From Spirochaetia bacterium (GTDB lineage Bacteria > Spirochaetota > Spirochaetia > SZUA-6 > Bin103): DNA of 64,000 nt. The position numbers and the translations under genes were made by a program. Positions 31,355 to 42,600 of this stretch are shown here, piece by piece. The stretch spans positions 1,216,001 through 1,280,000 of the forward strand of contig CBDBDQ010000005.1 of NCBI GenBank assembly GCA_965203905.1. Reading direction: 5' to 3'. The notes beneath the pieces are model-generated. The model was not told the DNA's origin, did not search any database, and saw nothing but the letters and a program-made list of their open reading frames with translations. Within the stretch, counting starts at the first letter, position 1. Each line of letters begins with the position of its first letter.

Positions 31355-31930
31355 TCACGGGAACAGAGCTGCCAGCACCCTCTGCATCACGGGAACCAGG
31401 ATCGTCGCGGCTACCAGAACGGTCAGCAGCCAGCGGGTCTGTACGGTGATCTCCTTGCGCACCTCGCCGACCTCCTTGCGCACCTCGCCGATCTCCTTCG
31501 TGAGGTCCGCCCGCACATCGGCGATCTCCTCCGTGAGGTCCGCCCGCACATCGGCGATCTCCTTGCGCGCGTCGCCGATCTCCTTCGTGAGGTCCACCCG
31601 CACATTGGCGATCTCCTCCGTGAGGTCCACCCGCACATTGGCGATCTCCTTGCCCAAGTTGCCGATCTGTTCCTGGTGCTCAAGGAACTGTTTCTGCACG
31701 CCCATGAAGCCGGCGTGCATCTCATCCCGCACCGCCTTGAAACCGGTGTGCATCTCGCCACGCACCGCCTCGTCCGAGTCCGCAACCCCGCGCGCAAAGC
31801 GCTCCTCTACCACGCTTATCAGCTCTTCGCGCTGGTCGCGGCCAAACTCATGCAGCAGCTCCACCAGCGAATCGGTGGCCGCCTCGCCCAGCCTCTCGCG
31901 CAACTCACGTCGTACGGAGATCACCGCCAT
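31355..31930 (-). CDS. DUF1640-like coiled-coil protein copy 3
   Basis: Same termini as 19225-19758 with an expanded EIA(N/D)VR(V/A)DLT repeat. Confidence 0.8.
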   Translation of the reverse strand: MAVISVRRELRERLGEAATDSLVELLHEFGRDQREELISVVEERFARGVADSDEAVRGEMHTGFKAVRDEMHAGFMGVQKQFLEHQEQIGNLGKEIANVRVDLTEEIANVRVDLTKEIGDARKEIADVRADLTEEIADVRADLTKEIGEVRKEVGEVRKEITVQTRWLLTVLVAATILVPVMQRVLAALFP

Positions 31931-32212
31931 GACCGATCAACCAGCTTATGCGACCGTGCCGGGGCGGTCAACGTGACGCCGCTCGCTCGCTTGCTTGCTC
32001 GCACTCCTGAGCCGGGCGCGGCTTCGTGCGCTGAGGCGGACGGCCGCCGGCAGTTCGGGCGATACTTCATGCTACAAGAGCCCTCCATTGCTCGTAATGA
32101 ACAACGGCACGCGATTCGTGGCGCTTTGCAGGAAGGAGGCGAGGCGTGAGCGAAGGCCGGCAGGAGCCTGGCGAGAGCCGCCGGCCGGTCACCGGCAACG
32201 AAGGTGGAGTGG

Positions 32213-32660
32213 AACCTCACCGACATCACGCTCGATCGCCGTGGAAGAGGCGAGCAGCCGCGGCCGCCTGGACATGGCGGTGCGCACCGGCGGGCACGTC
32301 TACCTGTTCGAGTTCAAGGTGGTGGAGTTGGCGCCGCCGGGAGCGGCGCTGGCGCAACTCCAGGAGCGCCGCTACGCCGAGCAGCTACTGGCACACTGCT
32401 GTCGCACGTGGACCCGCACCTGACGCTGGGGCAACTGGTGGCGCGGCTGGTGCAGGACGGCCTGCAGCGCTCCGACCCGGGGCGGCCGCCGCGCGGGCGC
32501 AGAGGTGGACGCCGGGAGGCAAGCGCGGACCAGGCGCGGGAGCCCAAGCCGCAGGAATGGCCGGCGGGCGGGGCGACTTCGCTGGCGAAGCGGGATGCGC
32601 AAGGGCAACCCCGAGTGCCGCCGCCGCCGGAGGGCACGAGCGCCGGTGGCGGCACCCCGC
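32213..32660 (+). pseudogene. Chimeric remnant: PD-(D/E)XK C-terminal fragment fused to an HNH-gene fragment
   Basis: ..gagcgccgctacgccga|gcagctac..ctgctgtcgcacgtggacccgcac junction near 32380. Confidence 0.75.
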
Positions 32661-32833
32661 TTGGCCGGGGCGTGGTTCTTGGTTGGGGCGTGGTTCTTGG
32701 TCGGGGCGTGGTTCTTGGTTGGGGCGTGGTTCTTGGTCGGGGCGTGGTTCTTGGCCGGGGCGTGGTTCTTGGCCGGGGCGTGGTTCTTGGTCGGGGCGTG
32801 GTTCTTGGTTGGGGCGTGGTTCTTGGCCGGGGT
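32661..32833. repeat. Tandem array of ~9 copies of 18-bp ggggcgtggttcttggYY
   Basis: cgtggttctt recurs every 18 nt from 32671 to 32815. Confidence 0.9.
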
Positions 32834-32835
32834 GG

Positions 32836-34308
32836 TCATTCGAAGGTTAGGCGGAAGGGGACGTATAGGGTGCCGCCGGGGGATTCGATGACGATTGAGG
32901 TGCGGATCCAGTAACCGGAGGAGCAGAGGGCGAAGGTGCCGGGCACCAGGTTCATGGTCCAGTTGGTTCGGTAGAACTGGGCCGAGCCGGCGAGGAAGCG
33001 TCCCAGGGCATCGTAGTAGGAGACCAGTTGCCGTGGGTCGTAGGTTTGGCTCAAGGTGCCACCGGTTGCCGCGGCCAGCTCGAACAGCGCGGCGATATCC
33101 GCCTCGTTGGACAGGGCGACCGGGTGGATCTCGACACCGTTCGCCGTAGCGAAGTCGATGACCTGCTGCTGGGTGGCGGTGCTGCCGTCATCGCTGCCGT
33201 CGGTGAAGACGACAACGGCTCGCTGCGCATTGCGGGCACTCTTGCGGGCAAGCTCGACCGCGACCTCGAGGGCGTCAAGGAGGGGCCTGGTGCCGCCTTC
33301 CAGGCTGGCCAGGGAGCGCAGGTAGCTGGCGAACTGATCCGGATTCGTGGTGAAGTCGTTGCCGTCCGTGTCGCGGTAGTTGGTGACGGGGGAGAACGGG
33401 AGTCTGCCGTCGGCGGCGAATGCGAGCAGCGCGACTTCGTCGCCGGAGGAGAGATTGTCCATGAACGCGGCCGCGGCGCCGAGCCGGGCATCGTTCGGAT
33501 CGCTGGTCGACACCGTGCTGCTCTGATCCAGCAACAGCGCGGCGGAATAGGGCTGGGCCGAACCTGGGCCGATCAATTCAGTGCTGGTCGGGGTAAACAC
33601 GTGGCGCTCACCGGCGGGGTATGCCAGCTCGAACTCTTCGATTGCGAAATCGGCAGCACTCAGGCCGGCATAGAGCTGCGAATCGGGACCGACGGCAAGG
33701 AGATCGACCGTGAACTCCGCCGTGGGGCTGGAACAGCTCGTCAGCTCGGCGCTGAGCAATCCCGCGGACGCTTGCGCGGTGGCGGTGTCGCAGGCGTCGC
33801 CCTGGCCGTCGCCGTCGCTGTCGAGCTGGGCGGGGTTGGCGGCGTTCCGACAGTTGTCACGGGCATCGGCGATGCCGTCGCCGTCGCTGTCATCGAAGGC
33901 GTCGCAGGCATCGCCGTGGCCGTCACCGTCGCGGTCGCCCTGATCGGGATTGGGGATGGTCACACAATTGTCGTCGGCGTCGGCAACACCGTCGCCGTCG
34001 CGGTCGGTGAGCGCGTCGCAGGCGTCGCCCTGGCCGTCGCCGTCGCTGTCGCGTTGATCGGGATTCTTGACGGCGGGGCAATTGTCGAATTCATCGGCGA
34101 CGCCGTCGCCGTCACTGTCGTTGCGGAAGTCGCAGGCATCGCCCTGGCCGTCGCCGTCGGTATCGACCTGATCGGGATTCTTGACGACCAGGCAGTTGTC
34201 ATCCTTGTCGTCGACGCCGTCGTGGTCGAGGTCGCGCGGCTCCTCGCAGGCCACGAGAGTCAATACCAGAATGACAACGAACAGGAGCCCGGCTAATCGT
34301 AGTTTCAT
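32836..34308 (-). CDS. Lipoprotein with thrombospondin type-3 repeats and a vWA domain
   Basis: LVAC lipobox; DxDGDGxxDxxDNC..NPDQ repeats; LLDQSST MIDAS-like motif, VVFTDG. Confidence 0.85.
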   Translation of the reverse strand: MKLRLAGLLFVVILVLTLVACEEPRDLDHDGVDDKDDNCLVVKNPDQVDTDGDGQGDACDFRNDSDGDGVADEFDNCPAVKNPDQRDSDGDGQGDACDALTDRDGDGVADADDNCVTIPNPDQGDRDGDGHGDACDAFDDSDGDGIADARDNCRNAANPAQLDSDGDGQGDACDTATAQASAGLLSAELTSCSSPTAEFTVDLLAVGPDSQLYAGLSAADFAIEEFELAYPAGERHVFTPTSTELIGPGSAQPYSAALLLDQSSTVSTSDPNDARLGAAAAFMDNLSSGDEVALLAFAADGRLPFSPVTNYRDTDGNDFTTNPDQFASYLRSLASLEGGTRPLLDALEVAVELARKSARNAQRAVVVFTDGSDDGSTATQQQVIDFATANGVEIHPVALSNEADIAALFELAAATGGTLSQTYDPRQLVSYYDALGRFLAGSAQFYRTNWTMNLVPGTFALCSSGYWIRTSIVIESPGGTLYVPFRLTFE

Positions 34309-34384
34309 GTGCAATCGGTGAATCGGTAGTGGTTCACAAAACAGTATCGGCGCTCCGCTGGAGCGTCAACGGTCCGCTGGAGCG

Positions 34385-36610
34385 TCAACGGTGCGGCGCG
34401 GCCTCGGCGGCCTCGGCGGCCTCGGCGTCCTCGGCGGCCTCCGCGGCCTCGGCGTCGAGGCGCAGGGCGCGCTCCAGGTGCTCCGCCGCCGCCTCGGGGC
34501 GGCCCAGCTCCTGCGCCGCGCGGCCCATGAGGCGCTGCAGGCGGGCGGCATACGGCGCGTCGGGCTGCAGGGCATACGCGTGCGCCAGCGCCGCCAGTGC
34601 CTCCTCGTAGCGCTGCAGTTGGAACAGCACCACGCCCACGCCGGCATGGGCGGGCGCGTGGGCGGGGTCGACTTCCACTGCCGCGCGGTACGCGGCGAGC
34701 GCCTCCGGGTAGCGTTGCTGGCGCATGCGGGTTTCGGCGACCTGGTACCACCTGCCGCTCTCCGTGACCTGCAGGATGTACACGTCGTCCTCGACCCACA
34801 GGCCGGAATCCGCGGGCAGCGGCGCAAACGCGTGCATGTTGAGCTCCGGCCGCTGCGTCGGGTAGTAGAACACGTCCGGTTGGGCGGCCACCGTGTAGTG
34901 CGCCCCGGCCCATTCCCAGTACTCGTCGATCGATCCCCCGAAGATGACGATCCAGTCGGGAACGTGCTGCCCGAAGTAGAGCGGCGCGCCGAGCGCCTCC
35001 ACCGTGGCGCGCGGCAGTGGGGAGTCCTGGTTCAGCCCGCAGCAGAACAGCACCCGGTGACCGGCGGCGAAGGTGAGCGCCTCGCGGTCGGCGAACACCG
35101 GCACGTACACCAGGTCGTCCTGCTCGGCGTGCTCCAGCAGGTAGTCGGACACCACCCGGATCGAGTCGCGGTAGGGCCGGTGGATCTCGGCGACGAACTG
35201 CAACAGGTGCAGCCCGAGCGTCGGCTTGCCGCTGAAGTAGTTGGTGACGTTGAACGGCCATGCCCCGGCGCTGGAGAACAGCAGCACGGCGATCGCCGCG
35301 GCGCCCGCCGGCCTCGACCGGCGCCAGGCCCACTCGGCGAACAGCCCCTTCATGACCAGCAGCAGCGGCAGCGCCCCCATGTAGTAGCGCAGGTCGGCGG
35401 TCGGGTTCATCCACACCGGTTGCACCGACAGCGCCGCCGAGCACAGCGCGAACAACGCGCCCATCAGCACGATCGCCCCCGCCGCGGCCAGCGGCAGCGC
35501 CTCCCCGGACGCGTGTTCCGGCGCCGTGACCTGCGCGGCGCCCGGTTCGCGCGCCGACCGTGCCGGTGCGTCCGCCTGCCGCAGCCGCCGGTCGCGGCGC
35601 CGCCGGAGCCACGGCAGCGCCAGCATCCCCGCGAACCAGAGCGCGACCGGCCACGAGATCCAGTCCGCGGTGAACAGCTCGCGCAGGTAGATGCCGACGC
35701 GCAGCAGCATGAGCGGCGTCGCTCCCTGGTACTCGCCAATGCCGGGAACTCCCGTGAACGCCAGATACCCGCTGCGCTCCCCGCCGAGCACCCCCAGCCA
35801 GGCGAGATACGCGGTGCCCACCGCCACCACCACGAGCCCGCTGCCGGCCAGCGCCCACCACTGCCGCGGCGCCGTGACGCGGGCGCGGAACAGCAGGTGC
35901 CAGGCGGCCAGCGCCAGCATGGTCGCGGCACCGCCCACGTAGTGGTTGAAGAACGCCAGTACCGCCACCAGCGTCAACGCGCCCAGGTACCCGGCCTTGC
36001 CACTGCGCCACCAGCGCTCGTACAGGTAGAACGCGGCGATCAGCGCGAACGCCAGGAACGCGAAGTAGCGCGACTGGCGAAAGAACAGCAGCAGTTGCGG
36101 CGACCAGGCCGCATAGAGCAGGCACCAGAGGACCAGTCGCGGATGGTCCGGCAGGTGCTGCCGCAGCAGCAGGTAAAGCAGCCCGAGGGTGGCGATCCCG
36201 AGCAGCGCCGGGATGCTGCGCGCGCCGGTCTCGTTGACCCCGAACAGGGCCATGCCCGCCGCGTTGAGCACGTAGGTCAACGGCGGCAGCACGTCGCGCA
36301 ACTCGTGGTTGAGGGTGCGCCCGTTGGTGCCGCCGACCAGGTTGCGGCCGTCCCAGCCGGAGATGTCGCCGCGCTGCAGCAGGTTGCGGCCGATCAGCGC
36401 CGCCGGCGCCTCGTCGTGCCACAGCGCCGCGTAGTCCAGGTTCACCAGGCACAGGTAGGCGGCAACGGCCAGCACGCCCAGCGCAAGTGCCGCGTACGGT
36501 GCCGCGCGCACCCGGCCGAGCAGGCCGGTGCCAAGCGGCGGCCCAGCGGCCTCCATGCGAGGCGCGCCGCCCGCGCCGGGGGCGGCCTGCGTGCGCCTCT
36601 TGTCGGTCAT
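34385..36610 (-). CDS. GT-C membrane glycosyltransferase (ArnT/PMT_2, GT39-like) with C-terminal TPRs
   Basis: LWHDEA loop, PPLTY, GARS..AL.G, QSRYF, many TM helices, TPR tail. Confidence 0.8.
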   Translation of the reverse strand: MTDKRRTQAAPGAGGAPRMEAAGPPLGTGLLGRVRAAPYAALALGVLAVAAYLCLVNLDYAALWHDEAPAALIGRNLLQRGDISGWDGRNLVGGTNGRTLNHELRDVLPPLTYVLNAAGMALFGVNETGARSIPALLGIATLGLLYLLLRQHLPDHPRLVLWCLLYAAWSPQLLLFFRQSRYFAFLAFALIAAFYLYERWWRSGKAGYLGALTLVAVLAFFNHYVGGAATMLALAAWHLLFRARVTAPRQWWALAGSGLVVVAVGTAYLAWLGVLGGERSGYLAFTGVPGIGEYQGATPLMLLRVGIYLRELFTADWISWPVALWFAGMLALPWLRRRRDRRLRQADAPARSAREPGAAQVTAPEHASGEALPLAAAGAIVLMGALFALCSAALSVQPVWMNPTADLRYYMGALPLLLVMKGLFAEWAWRRSRPAGAAAIAVLLFSSAGAWPFNVTNYFSGKPTLGLHLLQFVAEIHRPYRDSIRVVSDYLLEHAEQDDLVYVPVFADREALTFAAGHRVLFCCGLNQDSPLPRATVEALGAPLYFGQHVPDWIVIFGGSIDEYWEWAGAHYTVAAQPDVFYYPTQRPELNMHAFAPLPADSGLWVEDDVYILQVTESGRWYQVAETRMRQQRYPEALAAYRAAVEVDPAHAPAHAGVGVVLFQLQRYEEALAALAHAYALQPDAPYAARLQRLMGRAAQELGRPEAAAEHLERALRLDAEAAEAAEDAEAAEAAEAAPHR

Positions 36611-36662
36611 GGGTACCGCTCCGCCGGGGTAGTGTTCCCGGCGGAGCGGCTGCATTGATTGC

Positions 36663-39600
36663 TTACTGGAGCAGTCTCAGTTGCACCGTGAGGAACTGCT
36701 CGGCGTCGCCGCCGGCCACTTCCTCGTGGGTGCCCTCGGCGCTCAGCTCGAAGCCGTGGTCCAGCTCCAGGCGGGCGCCGAGGTGGTAGACCGTGGGCAC
36801 GTTGTCGGAGAACTTGGCCGCGCCGTAAGGCGTGAGCATGCCGTTCTCGAATACCGCCAGGCCGTAGCCGATCTCGGCGTTCAGGCCGGCGGCACCGATG
36901 ATCCCCGTGCCGCTCCAGGACGGAACGAGGCTGACCTGCGGTCCCACGCCGGTGCCCAGCGGCCGCCAGCGGACCACACCGCTCACGCTCCAGTTGCGGA
37001 GCGCCGGCGCCTCATCCGCGTCGTCGGCCTCTTCCTCCGGCAGGTTGGCCAGGGAGGCCTGACCGCGCGCCTCGACCATCAGGCCGGCCGCCGCGGCATC
37101 GAAGCGCACCGCACCGGCGAGGTCGAGACCGACCCCGGTCTCCGCATCGCCGCCGTCGAAGCGCACGCCGGCCTCCAGCACCGGCGCCAGGCTCACGCCC
37201 TCACCCAACAGGAAGGCGAAGGAGTTTTCCAGCCCCAGGCGCAGGCGGGAGCTGCCGGCTTCCACCGCCGGCATGTCGTCCGTTTCCGCGGACCCCATCT
37301 GCACCACGTTGCCGTCGGCCTGGATCGCCAGGATCCAGGTTTCCGCCAGGCTCAGATCCACCCGCACGTCCGCCGCCGCCATGATCGGCATGCCCATACC
37401 GAGCTCCACGGTCTCGCCACCGGCCTGCTCGATGCGCAGGTCGCCGGTACCGAAGCCGATGCTGCCTCCGATGTGGAACATGTCGTCCACGGTCACGCGC
37501 ACGTAGGGGTGCAGGCTGAACAGGTTGCTCCCGATGTCGCCTTCCGCCGAGCCGGAGCCCAGGCCGCTGAAGGTTCCCGAACCGCCATGGTACGCCAGGG
37601 CAAGGCCCAGCACGTGGTTGGCGCCCTCGTGGTCGACACCGAGGATGGCGGACATCACGCCGCCGTCCATCTCGTAGCTGCCGCGAGGCGTCATCTCGAA
37701 CTGGCCGTAGCCGCCGGCGCCCCAGACGTTCAGGTAGCCCTCGGCGAAGCTGCGCTCCAGGTCGAAGCCGGTGCCGTTGGCCAGCTCCTCGAGAGTCAGC
37801 GCGGTTGCCACGCTCTCCTCCCAGGGCTCGACCACCGGTGCGAGCTGCACCGCCGCCGGCGCCGGTCCCAGCGACACCTGCCGCCCGGCCATCATCAGCG
37901 ACGAGTCGCCGACCGCCGCCGCATCGTTCATGCGCCGGGCGATGGCGTCCAGGGTGGCGTTCGCGGCCCCGCGGCCGAAGCGCGCCATCCAGTCCTTGGC
38001 CACCTGCGGCAGCGGATCGTCGTCCGTGATCGTGCCGGTCGCCTTGCCCTTGCCCGCGGCAATGGTCGCGTTGCTCGGGTTGCGCAGCTCGATCTCTACC
38101 GTCTCGTCTTCCTCGTACTCGTTGTCACCCAGCACCAGCACGCGGATGGTCTGCGTGGTCTGATCCGCCGCGAAGGTCAGCGTGCCCTGCCGGACCGCCC
38201 GGTAGTCGGTACCGGACTCCGCCGTGCCCTTGCCGGTGTCCCGGTAGGAAACGGTCGCCACCCGCTCGGTGGGTCCGCTCTTGGTCACCGTGAACAGCAG
38301 CGCGGTGGTAGAGTCCGCATCGCCCTCGGTGACGGTCGAGCCGCTGATCGCGAGCGTCGGCGCGGCGTCGTCGTTGACGATGATGCCGGATGCCAGGCCG
38401 GTCACGATCACGCCGTGGGTCACGTGGCCCAACACGATGTCGACGGTCTCGTTGTCCTCGAACACGGCGTCGCCGTGCACCACGACGCTGATGGTCATCA
38501 CGTCCTCGTCGGGCGCGAAGGTCAGCATCCCCGGCACGATCTCCTCGTAGTCGGTGCCGGAGGTCGCCGTGCCGGTGCCGGCATCCGCGTACCCGACCGT
38601 CGTCGCCACCTCGCTGGGGAGTCCGGTCTTGGTCACCGTGAACACCAGCTCGACGGTACTGCCCGCGTCGCCCTCGACGACGCCAGTCCCGCTGATCGCG
38701 AGCGCCGGCGCCGCTTCGTCGTTGACGATGGTGCCGGAAGCGGTGCCCGTCGCTATGGTGCCGTGCACCACGTTGCTGAGCACGATGTCCACGGTCTCGT
38801 CATCTTCGTAGATGGTATCGCCGAGCACCGTGATGGTGATCATCTGCTCGAACTCGTCGGCCGCGAAGGTCAGCGTACCCGCCACCACCGCCTCGTAGTC
38901 GGTGCCGGAGGTCGCCGTGCCGCTGCCGGCGTCGGAGAAGTCCACCGTCGTCGCCACCTGGCTCACGGAACCGGTCTTGGTCACCGTGAACACCAGCTCC
39001 GCGGTAGTCCCGTCCGCTCCCTCGGCGACGCGGGCGCCGACGATGGAGAGTTCCGGCGCCGCGTCGTCGTTGGCGATGATGCCGGACGCCATTGCCGTCT
39101 CTATCGTTCCGTGCGTCGCGTTGCTGAGCACGATGTCGACGGTTTCGTCTTCCTCGTAGATGGCGTCACCCAGCACCTTGACGCTGATGTTCTTCTCGGT
39201 CTCACCGGCCGCGAAGGTCAGCGTGCCCGGTACCAGCGCCTCGTAGTCGGTGCCCGACTCCGCCGTGCCGCTAAGCGCATCCGCGTAGTCGACCGTCGTC
39301 GCCACCTGACTCACCGAACCGGTCTTGGTCACGGTGAACACCAGCTCCGACATGGTCCCGTCCGCGCCCTCGTCAATGCTCATGCCGCTGATCGACAGCA
39401 CCGGTTGCGCGTCGTCGTTGAGGATGGTGCCGGAACCGGTCTCCGTCACCAGCGTTGCGTGGTCCGGGTTGCTCAGCCTGATGTCGACGGTCTCGTCTTC
39501 CTCGTAGATGGCGTCGCCGTACACCATGACGGTGATGGTCTGCGAATCCTCGCCCGGGCGAAGGTCAGCATGCCGGGCATGACCGGCTCGTAGTCGGTGC

Positions 39601-42600
39601 CGGAATCCGCCGTGCCGGTGCCGGCATCCACGTACTCGACCGTCGTCGCCACCTCGGTTTCGGCGCCGCTCTTGGTCACGGTGAACACCAGCTCCGACAT
39701 GGTGCCGTCCTCGCCCTCGGTCACGCTGGTCCCGCCGATCGACAGCACCGGCCGGGTATCGTCGTCGACGATGGTGCCGGCAGCGGTACCCACCGCAATC
39801 GTGGCGTGGGTCGCGTTGTTCAGCGAGAGTTCGATGCTCTCGTCAAGCTCGTAGGTAGCGTCTCCGCGCACGATGACGCGGATCTCCTGCGAGGTCTCCC
39901 CCGCGGCGAAGGTCAGCGTACCCGGGGTGACAGCCGTATAGTCGCTGTCCAGGGTAGCCGTGCCTCGAAAGGTGTCCGCGTAGTCGACCGTCGCCACCTC
40001 GCTGGTGGCTCCGCTCTTGGTCACCGTGAACAGCAGCACCGAGTTGGTGCCCGCATCGCCCTCGGCGACGCGCCCGCCGTCGATCGAGAATTCCGGTGCC
40101 GGATCGTCGTTGGTGATGGTGCCGGCGGCCATGGCCGTGGCCAGCTCCCCGTTGATCAGGTTGTCGTTGTCCAGCAGCTCGACGTAGATGGTCTCGTCGA
40201 CCTCGTAGGTGTTGTCGTCCCACACCGTGACCGTGATGGACTTCGCGGTCTCACCGGCGGCGAAGGTCAGGGTCCCCGCCACGAGCGGGGCGTAGTCCAT
40301 CCCCGAGTCCGCGCTGCCGCTAAGGTTATCCCTGTACTCGACCTCCGTCGCCACGGCGCTCTCGGGTCCGCTCTTCGTCACCGTGAACACCAGCTCCGAC
40401 ATGGTCCCGTCCGCGCCCTCGGCAACGTCCGACCCGCTGATGGACAGCACTGGTGCCGCGTCGTTGTCGGTCAGTGCGACCGTGGTGCCGAATACCGCTA
40501 CCCCCGGCAACGTCGCCGCTACCGTGATGCTCTCTTCACCCTCGTACACGAGGTCTTCCCGCGGCTGCAGCGTGAAGGTCGCCGAGGCGCCGGCAGCGCC
40601 GGCGGGGATGGTAATCGTGAAGTCGGCGACGGCAACGTAGTCGGTTCTCGCGGTAGCGCTGTCGCCTCCGGCGCCTACTTGGACGGTGAGCGTCTGCGCA
40701 GTGCCGAAGCGCGTTCCGACCGGGGTCGCCGTCACCGTTATCTGCCGCGCGTTGTCACCCTCGCTCACGCTCGGAACGTCCGTGGTAAGCGTGATTCCCG
40801 CCGGCGCCGCGTCGTCGTCGGTTACGATCACCGCGACCGTCTCCACGGTGCTGTGGCCGGAACCGCTGGGCGTGTGGGAAATGGTCGCCGAGCGCGCGTC
40901 GCCCGGGTTGTCCACGTCGTCATCGACGCCGGTCACGGTAACGCTCTGCGGCGTCGACCAGTTGGTGGACGTGAAGACCAGCTCTTCCGGACTCACCGTG
41001 GCGGCAAACGGATCGCTGCTGGCCAGCGCAACGGTCACGTTGCCGGTGGGTTCGGCCCTCAACGCCAGGGTATAGGAAGCCGTGCCCCCTGCCTCGCCGA
41101 CGGTTACGTCCGCCTGAGACGCCTGCAGGCCCTCGTCGTCCGTTACCGTCACACTCACGCTGACGGGCTCGGTACTGTCGTAGCCGCCACCGCTGGGCGT
41201 GTTCGTGATGCTCGTCGAGCGGCTGCCGCCGGAGTTATCCACGCGGTCGTTCACGCCGTTCACGGTCACGGTCTGCACCGCCGCGTAGTTGGCGGGCGTA
41301 AAGGTCAACTCGGCCGGGCTCACCGTGGCCACGCCGGAATCGCCGCTCTCCAACTCGACGGTCACGTTGCCATTGGGCCTGCCGTCCAGCTTCACTGTGT
41401 ACGTGCCGGTGCCGGTCTCGGAGACCGTTACCGCCTGCGAGGACAGCGCCAGCGTGGCGTCATCCTCCATCACCGTAACGTCCACCGTTGCCGTGTAATC
41501 GTAGTTGTGCTCCCCGCCGTCGGAGGAATGGTTGATCGTTGCCTTGCGGTCGCCGGTGACCACTTCGTCGTCGGTGCCGGTAACGGTGATCTGCTGCGGA
41601 CTGTCCCAGTCTGTCGTCGTGAACGTCAGCGAAGCAGAAGAGACCGTAGCCGCGGGACTCCCGCTTGAGATCGCTACGGTCACGTCGCCCTCGGGCGCGG
41701 CGTTCAACTCGACCGTGTAGGTAGCGGTGGCGCCCTCGACCACCGTCAGCTCTGTCGGCGTTAGCCTCAGCCCCGGCGAGGTGTCTTCCTGCACCGTGAC
41801 GGTGACACGCCCGGTCTGACCCGAGCCGTAGCCCCCGCCGGAGGGTGCGTTGGTAATCGTGGCGGTACGATCACCCCGGGTCGAATCAAGCACGCCGGTG
41901 ACCAGGACGGTCTGCGACCTGTTCCAACCTGTCATTTCGTGGTCATCGGGCGTGAACCTGAGCATACTCTTGTCCACCTTAGCGGCGTCCAAGTTGCTGC
42001 TGCTGACGGCAACATGCACCGTTCCCGTGGGAACGGTCGCAAGCTTCACGACGTAAGACTGAGTACCGCCGTTCTCGTTGATCGACAGGTCGGTTGGCGC
42101 GATATCCAATGCCGCGGTGTCGTCGTCTCTGACCGTTACCCGCTCGGTCTTCGCCAAGGCAGGTCCGTAGTCACCGTCGCCGCTGGGGGTGAACGTAATG
42201 TCGACGCTACGGCTTGTACCGGGGTTGTCGACGTTATCACTTGCAGCGGTAACGGTAATCGTGTGCACCTCAGTGCCGGATGTGAATGCCAAGCCGGTAT
42301 CCGTCAGCGTGTCGGGCACCGTGGCGATGCTCGGATCCGTGCTTACCACGCGTACGTTCACCGAAGTCTCGGGTGCGGAGTTCAGTTTCACTTCGTACTG
42401 GACCGTGCCGCCCTCGGTGACCGCTTCAGGTCCTACGGGCGTAACCAGCAATCGTGCGACGTCGTCGTCAATCACCGTGACCGTCATGTTGGCACCGATG
42501 ATATCGGTTGCCGTGTGGCTGATGCGTGCCGATCGGTTGCCACCGTTGTCGACTTCGTCCGCCACCGGAGTAATGGTGATTGTCTTTCCTTGGGTATAGT

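Noticed and set aside
32661-32833. Possible CRISPR array
   Set aside because: Pure 18-bp tandem repeat with no spacers
34354-34392. Short tandem duplication ccgctggagcgtcaacggt at a gene end
   Set aside because: Simple local duplication with no associated element
34391-41668. Long plus-strand ORFs (34391-36658, 36681-39593, 39806-41668)
   Set aside because: Antisense shadows of GC-rich real genes on the minus strand
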